From a virus, in IMG/VR virus record IMGVR_UViG_3300032284_002783, positions 12,658 to 76,657 of that record: DNA of 64,000 nt; one strand, written 5' to 3'. This document shows, in pieces, positions 56,718 through 64,000 of the stretch. The notes under the pieces are model-generated. The model worked only from the letters and a program-made list of their open reading frames with translations, searched no databases and was not told the DNA's origin. Made by a program: the position numbers and the translations under genes. Each line of letters opens with the position of its first letter. Within the stretch, counting starts at the first letter, position 1.

Positions 56718-57089
56718 ATGGGACGCCCAATTAATTCTCGCTATATCGGAAACACCAGTACTAGCGGACAACAAATTACTGCAACAGCTTATTTTGGTGA
56801 CGATAGTCAACCACGTACTGCTTACATTTCTGCTCAAAAAGGAACCAATATATACGACATGGTATCAGTAGATGGTTTACACAGCGGAATGGTTCAGTTA
56901 ACCGAAGGAAACATAGCTCTAGCACCGGGACAGGCCAATATCACTGTTACAAACTATGATAACATTGTTGAGTTTGCTGAAAAAATTACCAATCGTATGG
57001 TATATACCTGGGAAGGCAATGAATACGAATGGATTTTTAGTAACGAAGCTATTACAACAAGTAACCAAGCTCAAATACAGAGCAGCTAA
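56718..57089 (+). CDS. Probable late/virion protein
   Basis: Late promoter, structured leader, AAGGAG SD; MGRPIN start; I..QKG..Y motif. Confidence 0.65.
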   Translation: MGRPINSRYIGNTSTSGQQITATAYFGDDSQPRTAYISAQKGTNIYDMVSVDGLHSGMVQLTEGNIALAPGQANITVTNYDNIVEFAEKITNRMVYTWEGNEYEWIFSNEAITTSNQAQIQSS

Positions 57090-57127
57090 CACACTTTAGC
57101 CTTGCAAAAGCAAGGCAGACTCGGCAA

Positions 57128-57170
57128 AGACCCTATAAAAGCCCTGGCGATTATAGGGTTTTTGTTTTTT
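57128..57170 (+). terminator. Intrinsic terminator
   Basis: ACCCTATAA...TTATAGGGT followed by a T-tract. Confidence 0.6.
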
Positions 57171-57670
57171 TAAAATAATTTTCGAATATCAATACTATCT
57201 GGCAGTTTATTAACTTCCTTAACAAAAAATACGCAAAGTGGATCTTCTTTGTCTTCTAAAGGTACAGCTAAAAGATGCCCATTTTTTAGCTTTGGAAAAT
57301 ACCATTTAACATCGGGCCACGTATTAACAACTTCAATTTTTAAAAACTTTGGCATATATCCTTTAATAGGATTAAAACAAAAAGCATCAAAATCTCTATC
57401 CATTAGGTAAACTAAAGGCATAACTTCAAGATCGCCTAGATTAATATCTCCAATTATCAAACTCCAATCTAGAGGCATTTGCAAGCTATATGGTCCAATT
57501 TTTATATCAATACACGGACTATGAAAACTCTCTAAAAATATCAATGGAAGAAAATAATAATCGACATCATTAGTATTGCTGTAATCCAACACGCAGTATC
57601 TAATATCTATTACTTTGTCCGGAATTTGATTTATGCTATATGCATGATTGGTATTGGTTAAAATTCTCAT
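57170..57670 (-). CDS. Conserved hypothetical protein
   Basis: 166-aa ORF downstream of uvsW. Confidence 0.7.
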   Translation of the reverse strand: MRILTNTNHAYSINQIPDKVIDIRYCVLDYSNTNDVDYYFLPLIFLESFHSPCIDIKIGPYSLQMPLDWSLIIGDINLGDLEVMPLVYLMDRDFDAFCFNPIKGYMPKFLKIEVVNTWPDVKWYFPKLKNGHLLAVPLEDKEDPLCVFFVKEVNKLPDSIDIRKLF

Positions 57671-57732
57671 ATATTGCCTTGTAAATGTTACGGCAATATT
57701 TAATCCAAAAATTGGTGAGATAAATCAAAAAT

Positions 57733-59187
57733 TTAGTAGGTAATTTTAGATACGGTAAAGGGATACTGGACCTCATTATAGAATTTCTTCCGTTTTAGAA
57801 GGTGCCTATTGCTAAATTTACATTTACTGGCAATATCATATACTTCTACAGCATCTTTATCATCTGCTTTACGCAATCCTCTTCCAATACTTTGTATCAC
57901 CCGGACAAAGCTCTTACCGGGTTCAACGAGAACTAAATTAAAAATTCGATTTATGGAAATACCTGTACTAGTAGTACCATACGTTGCAATCATAATAGCA
58001 TTATCAGCTAGATTGATTTCTTTATAATGCTCTTTTCTTTTTGTGCTTTTCATTTGACCACTGATAAAGGTAGCTTCTGGAACTAATGCATTTAACTTTT
58101 CTCCAGTTTCAATTCTATCAATTAGCACTAGTGTATTACCAGTTAAAGATATCGTTTTTATTTGTGACGCTAACCATTCCAATCTAGTATCATTTGTAAC
58201 CAAATATTTCAGCTCTTCTTGATAGTTGTTATAGACTACTGTATCTTGAGTGTGAAGAATGTTAACATGACATTTGCTTAAATGTCCTGCCTCTTGTAAC
58301 TCCTTAGCAGTTAAGCTTCCAATAATTGGACCAATAGCACTAACTAAGCTTACCTGGTTATAGTCCTCTTCGGGAATAGTTCCAGTCAAACCCCATCTAA
58401 TAGGAATATTTGCAAATGTTGTTGTGAGAAGTTTATGAAGTACGTTCATGTTTTTAACCATATGTACTTCGTCGACAATTAGAGTCGTTAGATTGTTTAG
58501 AAACACTGCAAGCTGTTCATCGTCTAAGGCATCTTTGCTTTTTTTATCTAGAACGTTCAAGCTTTGCCATGTGCAAATGGTATGTGTTCTATCGTATTCT
58601 TTTCTATCACCGTATAGAACTCCAACGTCTAGGCCAATATTTCTATAATCTTCTTCGGTTTGTTGAACAAGATTTTTGTTGGGTACAATAACGATTGTTC
58701 TACCATATTTTTCAGCAAGTAGACTAAGAGTTGCGGTAATAATTGTTTTACCACTGCTAGTAGGAGCAACTGTGATACCTTGTAGGTTGTTGATACAATC
58801 ATTAATTGCTTGAACTTGATAATCTCTCAATACAATTGGTTCGCCTGCGAATCGATGTCCAACTGGCCATGTTAAATGACTGAGATGCTGGTCGGTTATT
58901 TGTGGAAAGTCAAAATTATGTTTAACTCTATTATCAAAAATTTCAAACTCGTATCCATTTTCAACAATTATTGGCAGTATTTTTTCCAGCAAATTTAGAT
59001 ATGTTCTACCACCTAACGTGCAAAAACTGGATGTTCCGTCCCAGCGTCCGAGCCGATATGCTGTGCTGTATCTAGCATGAGGAAGGAAATACTTGACCGC
59101 ATTAACACATTCTCTGCGAGTACCCAGGTCAAGCCCGTCTACCTTAACATTGCATTCGTCCTCAATAATTATGTTAGCGATATCCAT
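57733..59187 (-). CDS. uvsW: UvsW-like SF2 helicase
   Basis: WDG, LRDYQ, PTSSGKT, DEVH, GLTGT, QSIGRGLR. Confidence 0.9.
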   Translation of the reverse strand: MDIANIIIEDECNVKVDGLDLGTRRECVNAVKYFLPHARYSTAYRLGRWDGTSSFCTLGGRTYLNLLEKILPIIVENGYEFEIFDNRVKHNFDFPQITDQHLSHLTWPVGHRFAGEPIVLRDYQVQAINDCINNLQGITVAPTSSGKTIITATLSLLAEKYGRTIVIVPNKNLVQQTEEDYRNIGLDVGVLYGDRKEYDRTHTICTWQSLNVLDKKSKDALDDEQLAVFLNNLTTLIVDEVHMVKNMNVLHKLLTTTFANIPIRWGLTGTIPEEDYNQVSLVSAIGPIIGSLTAKELQEAGHLSKCHVNILHTQDTVVYNNYQEELKYLVTNDTRLEWLASQIKTISLTGNTLVLIDRIETGEKLNALVPEATFISGQMKSTKRKEHYKEINLADNAIMIATYGTTSTGISINRIFNLVLVEPGKSFVRVIQSIGRGLRKADDKDAVEVYDIASKCKFSNRHLLKRKKFYNEVQYPFTVSKITY

Positions 59188-59189
59188 TC

Positions 59190-59654
59190 TTAGCCTCTTG
59201 TATCAAGATGTGCATCTTCCATGCCAACTACTCGAAGACGAGTAATATTACTAATTTGCCAGTTTTTAATTTCTAGTCCCTTCATAAGAGACAGATATTT
59301 GTTACGTACAAGACTTACTTCATTAATAAGAATACTCATTGTAACAATATCATCTTCGCCGTCGATATATTTTTCAATACTTCTATCGGTTAAGTCTCTT
59401 TGATATCTTTCCAAGTACTTTCGATAATGGTCAGATCTCATTTTATCATATTTGATATTTAGATATTTTAATATGGCCTCTATCTCTTGTAACTGACCAA
59501 ATCTATGACTGGTAATGCCCGAGAGTTCTTGGGCGTTTTTTTCCAAACTCCCAACTATTTTAGTTTCATCCTTTGCATCAACTATCTCATTTTCAAAATA
59601 GTTCATAGCATTTGGAATTTCACTTAAATCTTCTACTACTCGGGCATACCACAT
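59190..59654 (-). CDS. uvsY: UvsY-like recombination mediator
   Basis: Helical 154 aa between uvsX and uvsW; KYIDGE..I..K.WQISNI. Confidence 0.7.
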   Translation of the reverse strand: MWYARVVEDLSEIPNAMNYFENEIVDAKDETKIVGSLEKNAQELSGITSHRFGQLQEIEAILKYLNIKYDKMRSDHYRKYLERYQRDLTDRSIEKYIDGEDDIVTMSILINEVSLVRNKYLSLMKGLEIKNWQISNITRLRVVGMEDAHLDTRG

Positions 59655-59661
59655 TTACTTT

Positions 59662-59892
59662 TTATTCTTCGTATTCAAATTCTTCGTCGGTTTCACTATT
59701 TGAAGAAAAACTATCAAGTGCATAATCTAAATGATCATCCTCGCCGCGTAATTCTTCTAAATCTTCAATCTCAATATCCGCATCAATTAAAGTTTTGATA
59801 AACTTTACAGCGGTATCATTTTGCTTTGCTGTTGGTACATAATCTGAGAATAAATCCCAAATCTCAAGTAAAGATGCTGCAGTAATCTCCAT
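59662..59892 (-). CDS. Small acidic hypothetical protein
   Basis: AGGAG SD; located in the uvsX-uvsY run. Confidence 0.65.
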   Translation of the reverse strand: MEITAASLLEIWDLFSDYVPTAKQNDTAVKFIKTLIDADIEIEDLEELRGEDDHLDYALDSFSSNSETDEEFEYEE

Positions 59893-59904
59893 GTTTGTCT
59901 CCTG

Positions 59905-60963
59905 TTATTCCGTTACTGTAGGTTCCTGTAAAAGCGCAGAAACTTTTGCCTCGTCCCATTCTTCCATTATCAAATCAAGTAATTCATTGGTAATAGCTGA
60001 ACGAAAGTACTTATGTTCTTTATTAGATTTATCGACATAAAGCAATTTATTTCCATCTTTTTTAAGAACGTTTTTCTTTTCAAACATATCAATAAGACCA
60101 CTGTATGGATCCATGCCTGTTTCCCAGGGTATCTTTAGCTCGACTTGCTCAAATGGTTTGTTGTAACGTGTCTTCATAATCTTGCAAGCAGCTCTAATAC
60201 CGCGTACATCGGTTACTTTCTTGCCTTCTTCATCTTCCTTGAGCTTACGCTTCTGCATAGCTACAACAATTGAGCTAGCATAAACGAAACCCTGGCCGCC
60301 CGATATCTTATCATCTGGATCAAACATATCCTGGCTAGCATAGCTATGATTGGTAACTGCTAGACCAATATCATATTCTCCAAACATGTTAACACAGTTT
60401 CTTACAAGTGCTGTTAGTGCTTTTGGCTTACGACCCATATCACCTTTTAAATCACCTGCTTCAAACTGATTAACGTCTGTTGGTGTAAGTAACATGCCTA
60501 AGCTATCAAGTACAAATAAAATCTTAGGACGCTTATCTTCGTCTACAGAATCATATTTGCTCTTATAATCTTTAACGAAATCGCTGAGTAGTTTAGCAAC
60601 GTCGTCAATCATAGCCATATTAACCTTTAGAAGCTTGTCTTCTGATGTATCAACACCTAATGGTTTTAGCCACTTTTCATCTAGTGCATTTTCTGTGTCT
60701 ATTAGAACCGGAAATATTCCTTGTTCTTGTGCGTTACGAACAATGTTACCAGAACAAATGTAGCTCTTGCCGCTACCACTTTGTCCTGCAAACATAGTTA
60801 CTTTTCCTAGTGGAATTCCTCTTTTAAAGTTACCAGAAATAGCATAGTTTAATGCATAGTTTCCAGTACTTACCCAATGTTTTGGGTCTTTGAATCCAAC
60901 TGAAATACCAGGGATGCTTTTAGTTAGATCTTTTCTGAATTTTGAAACATCAAATGGCTTCAT
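59905..60963 (-). CDS. uvsX: UvsX/RecA recombinase
   Basis: STGNYALN, GQSGSGKS, IDTENALD, LDSLG, SGGQG, KTRY. Confidence 0.93.
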   Translation of the reverse strand: MKPFDVSKFRKDLTKSIPGISVGFKDPKHWVSTGNYALNYAISGNFKRGIPLGKVTMFAGQSGSGKSYICSGNIVRNAQEQGIFPVLIDTENALDEKWLKPLGVDTSEDKLLKVNMAMIDDVAKLLSDFVKDYKSKYDSVDEDKRPKILFVLDSLGMLLTPTDVNQFEAGDLKGDMGRKPKALTALVRNCVNMFGEYDIGLAVTNHSYASQDMFDPDDKISGGQGFVYASSIVVAMQKRKLKEDEEGKKVTDVRGIRAACKIMKTRYNKPFEQVELKIPWETGMDPYSGLIDMFEKKNVLKKDGNKLLYVDKSNKEHKYFRSAITNELLDLIMEEWDEAKVSALLQEPTVTE

Positions 60964-61019
60964 TGTTATTCCTTCCTTAGATAGCTGATGTTAAGTGATG
61001 ATTGTTGAAAAAGCTAATA

Positions 61020-61047
61020 AAAAGGAGGAGATTTCTCTCCTCCTTTT
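61020..61047. terminator. Intrinsic terminator after the SSB gene
   Basis: AAAAGGAGGAGA-tttc-TCTCCTCCTTTT. Confidence 0.85.
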
Positions 61048-61057
61048 CTAGTTAAGA

Positions 61058-62104
61058 TTACTTCTGCTGTTGACGACGACGAATAGCAGCAATAATCTCA
61101 TCTGGTGTCTGTGGCTTTGCCTTATCAGTTGTAGCTGCTGGTGTTGCAGCAGGTTCAGCTGTTTCAGTTACAGATGGTTTTGCAATCTTATTAAGAATGC
61201 TAGATGCTGTAACTGTTGGAGTTACTGGAGCGTCTGTGCGAGCAACTGGAGTTTCTGTGGCTCCTGTTGTATCAGTGTCTCCAGAACTATTAGTTTCACT
61301 TCTCATACCATTTGGTCTGTAGAAGTTACCCCAACGGTCAACATCATATAGCTCTTCATTAACACTAGCTTCGAACATTTCCATAATAGCCTTGAGATGG
61401 GCATCATCTGGCTTCTTTGGAAGGAACTGTTCCAAGTTATAAAGACCAAATTTGGCTACTGCTCCAAGTTCGTCTTCTGTTAGAGCACGCTCTTTCATAG
61501 CCCATTTGCTGCTAGAATAGTTAGCGTACTGACCTTTAGTGGTCTTAACCAAGTAGAAATCTCTACCATGTTCATAATCAGTAGGTGTATGCTCCAAATC
61601 CTGATCAAGAAGTATCGATTTAATAACATCAAATACTGATGGATTAATGATAAATCTACGAATTGGATTTTCTGGAGTTGTATCTTTTTCGTTTGGATTA
61701 TTTGTAACAAATCCCTGGAACAGATAGCTCTTCTTGCGATAATACTTTCTAGCAAGATCTTCTGTGCTCTTGTCCTTCCACCAGGGCCGAATCTCCGCTG
61801 TTACTGGACAAGTGTTTGCCTTCCACATATCAGTACAAGGAACCTGTACTTCTACTGGCTTGGCATCATTATGTCCCTTAACGCCCGGAAATGGTAGCTT
61901 GATGATAAGTCTCTCTAGCCAAAAGAAATCGTTAGATGCGTTGCCATCTGGAAGAAATCTTAATGTAGCCGAAGATCCTTCTGGATTATTCCAGAATGGG
62001 TAAACTGCGTTATCGCTAGTAAAACCCTGACCGCCCTTAGCGCGGTCTTTTTTTGCTTGCTGTTCTAGCAAACGTGCTTGTATTTCTTTTAATGATAGTG
62101 CCAT
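61058..62104 (-). CDS. Single-stranded DNA-binding protein (gp32-like)
   Basis: Start MALSLKE at 62104 with AGGAGG; LRFLP, CP, GRDF, YANYSSSKW, IIAAIRRR; next to uvsX. Confidence 0.85.
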   Translation of the reverse strand: MALSLKEIQARLLEQQAKKDRAKGGQGFTSDNAVYPFWNNPEGSSATLRFLPDGNASNDFFWLERLIIKLPFPGVKGHNDAKPVEVQVPCTDMWKANTCPVTAEIRPWWKDKSTEDLARKYYRKKSYLFQGFVTNNPNEKDTTPENPIRRFIINPSVFDVIKSILLDQDLEHTPTDYEHGRDFYLVKTTKGQYANYSSSKWAMKERALTEDELGAVAKFGLYNLEQFLPKKPDDAHLKAIMEMFEASVNEELYDVDRWGNFYRPNGMRSETNSSGDTDTTGATETPVARTDAPVTPTVTASSILNKIAKPSVTETAEPAATPAATTDKAKPQTPDEIIAAIRRRQQQK

Positions 62105-62106
62105 TT

Positions 62107-62216
62107 TATGTGCCTCCTTTTTGTGCCTATTAATGTGCCTATTCTGAGTTAAGACAAAGATGAAACATTTCTGCTTCATCTTTGACAGTATTATTTATCC
62201 CGCAACGGGTGGTCAA
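62107..62216 (-). promoter_or_regulatory. SSB promoter and leader with a hairpin and three AGGCACA repeats
   Basis: TTGACC and TAAATA elements; hairpin CAAAGATGAA..TTCATCTTTG; repeats at 62109-62115, 62122-62128, 62134-62140. Confidence 0.55.
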
Positions 62217-62238
62217 ATAATAAAAGATAATGAATTTT

Positions 62239-63999
62239 TTAGAGGCCGGCGAGATTTTTGAGTCTTGCTACCTGTGATTCATATAGATCATCTTTATCCA
62301 TCTGTAGTGGCTCTGCTTCGCCTTCTAAATCGTTATCAGCGGTTGGATCGTTATAGTAATCTATTTCACGACCTTGTTCTGCAGCATCTGCACATTTATC
62401 ACATTGATAACCTTGTGCAATATCAGCAACTGTTAAACGATTAGGATGTCCACATGTTGGGCATGAATGTATGCGCGGATTATCGGGTGTTGCTGCTCTT
62501 AAAGCGCTGTGTCCGTGAGGATCTGCAAAATGACTTCTATCATCGTCGTCGTAATCACGATCATCATAATAATCATCGTCATCTTCACCATGTTCAAAAT
62601 CATCGTCATCTGGAAGATCTGAATCATCGTCGCCAAATCCACCCATTGCTTCTGTGGTAAGTTCATCGAGGTTGCCATCTTGAGCTGGGTTGACGCCTGA
62701 CATTCTTTGAACTGCCATGCACTCTTCCATTCCATGAACTGGGCAATATTCACCTTCCGCAGTCATATTGCAGCCATCACCTTCATTTACATGATATTTC
62801 TTGCGAGTCAAATTCTCTAAAGTACTGATGATATTCTTGATCCAAACGTTTACACTGTTAGAATCAAACTGTGTTACTCGAGATAGTTGCTCAGTTTCAT
62901 AATTTACCGCATTTGCTACATTTTTCATACCGTATTGGTTAATGAGATCCTGATGGTTAGTGTTGATACTATTCCATATAGCGTCGTAAACTGGTTTGGT
63001 GGCATCTTCAGCAAAGATATGATCTTCACTAAATGTTTCAAGATATTCATTTAGCTCTGACTCTTCTGGTAATGCTGTAACTTCTTCAGAAACAAACTTT
63101 TGACTGCTTTCGTATGCACGTCTAATGAGATTCAAATCACTCTCATTTGGCATTACGCCATTAGCTATTTGCTCTGCAATACTTTGTAGAGAACTTGTAG
63201 CTTCTGCATTTGCACAGGCACTAGCAAGTTCATTCAGCTGCCAGTTAAGACGTTCGGCAACTGAGGTAAACTCTGAGATTTTACTGGTAATGTCTGGGCG
63301 TGAATTCCATACAAATGTTACAGGTTCAGGAACTGGACCTTTTGCGGCAATATATTTTGCGGCTGTTCCTACATCATCATAACCTTGGCTATCACATGGG
63401 CAACCGCAGCATTCAGCAATCTGATCACGTAGGTTGTTAATGAAAGTTTCATCTAGTTCACTAGCTGTTTCTTCTAGCATGCTAGCTGTAACATTCTTGT
63501 AACCTTTTGGACCGTGCATGCTTTTTAGCTTGCGATTGATTTCGTTCATGCTTTCTTTTAGTCTTTCAACCCAAACATCATTAGCTGATTCATTCAGGCG
63601 TAAACTGTTAGCAGTACGACGTAGCTTAATATAATCTTCACTCAATGAATAAAGCTTGTTTGCAACAGTGTCGTGATTAGTACCACCGTTGCTTATATGT
63701 CTAGCAAAAGCTCTTGCTCCTGTGACATGAAGATGAGGATATGCAAATCTTTCACCAATTTTGTTTTCAACAAACAAAGCTTTGATCTTTCTGGAGCGAG
63801 CGCCGTGAACATTCTCATTTACTGCGTCACTGTGTCGAATGATTAACTTAGCTTCTCCAATCTGTTGGAAAGAGCTTTTTGTTGTACCGTAAACTTTGCT
63901 TACGTCTTTACTTTCCTTAATGTTACTCACGGCTGTCTCCTCATGTATTGCTGATTTCAATCTTACGATCAAATTTCCATCTTGATCAAAATGTGTATA
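62239..63999 (-). CDS. Large conserved, probably head-associated protein (5' partial)
   Basis: Frame stays open to the window edge (YTHFDQDGNLIVR); KLIIRHS..GARSRKI..GERF..GARAFARH; acidic tract; Cys motifs; ends RLKNLAGL. Confidence 0.7.
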   Translation of the reverse strand, partial: YTHFDQDGNLIVRLKSAIHEETAVSNIKESKDVSKVYGTTKSSFQQIGEAKLIIRHSDAVNENVHGARSRKIKALFVENKIGERFAYPHLHVTGARAFARHISNGGTNHDTVANKLYSLSEDYIKLRRTANSLRLNESANDVWVERLKESMNEINRKLKSMHGPKGYKNVTASMLEETASELDETFINNLRDQIAECCGCPCDSQGYDDVGTAAKYIAAKGPVPEPVTFVWNSRPDITSKISEFTSVAERLNWQLNELASACANAEATSSLQSIAEQIANGVMPNESDLNLIRRAYESSQKFVSEEVTALPEESELNEYLETFSEDHIFAEDATKPVYDAIWNSINTNHQDLINQYGMKNVANAVNYETEQLSRVTQFDSNSVNVWIKNIISTLENLTRKKYHVNEGDGCNMTAEGEYCPVHGMEECMAVQRMSGVNPAQDGNLDELTTEAMGGFGDDDSDLPDDDDFEHGEDDDDYYDDRDYDDDDRSHFADPHGHSALRAATPDNPRIHSCPTCGHPNRLTVADIAQGYQCDKCADAAEQGREIDYYNDPTADNDLEGEAEPLQMDKDDLYESQVARLKNLAGL

Positions 64000-64000
64000 A

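Noticed and set aside
7526-63382. Numerous 60-150 aa opposite-strand ORFs nested in long genes
   Set aside because: Antisense shadows of well-supported CDSs, with no independent signals

Overview
A 64-kb segment of an AT-rich, T4-like jumbo phage genome in the standard genetic code, mostly encoded on the minus strand. It carries a T4-type replication and recombination block (gp32 SSB, UvsX, UvsY, UvsW, gp62-like, gp61 primase, gp41 helicase, two topoisomerase II subunits, NrdA/NrdB/glutaredoxin), a very short DnaE-like ORF, and probable virion and internal-head genes. Host-takeover genes are abundant: bS21, IF3, TilS, a stand-alone Smr protein, ClpX, ClpS, Hsp20 with a ROSE-like leader, an intein-containing IscU, two IscA/HesB proteins, an AdoMetDC-family decarboxylase, agmatinase and a fatty-acid desaturase. 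The non-coding RNAs are a circularly permuted two-piece tmRNA (tag ANDNAPFLQAVA, suggesting an alphaproteobacterial host), a ~915-nt GOLLD-like RNA containing a degenerate tRNA-Gly, and two unassigned structured RNAs (~270 nt pseudoknotted; ~235 nt tRNA-like). The main leads are: (i) a possible phage ribosome-rescue and proteolysis circuit (Smr, tmRNA, ClpX); (ii) many apparently leaderless promoters alongside phage IF3 and bS21; (iii) an intein whose +1 residue is an IscU Fe-S ligand Cys; (iv) the unassigned RNAs; and (v) a small protein carrying a Gol-peptide-like piece of major capsid protein. All family assignments come from motif recognition by eye; no searches were run.
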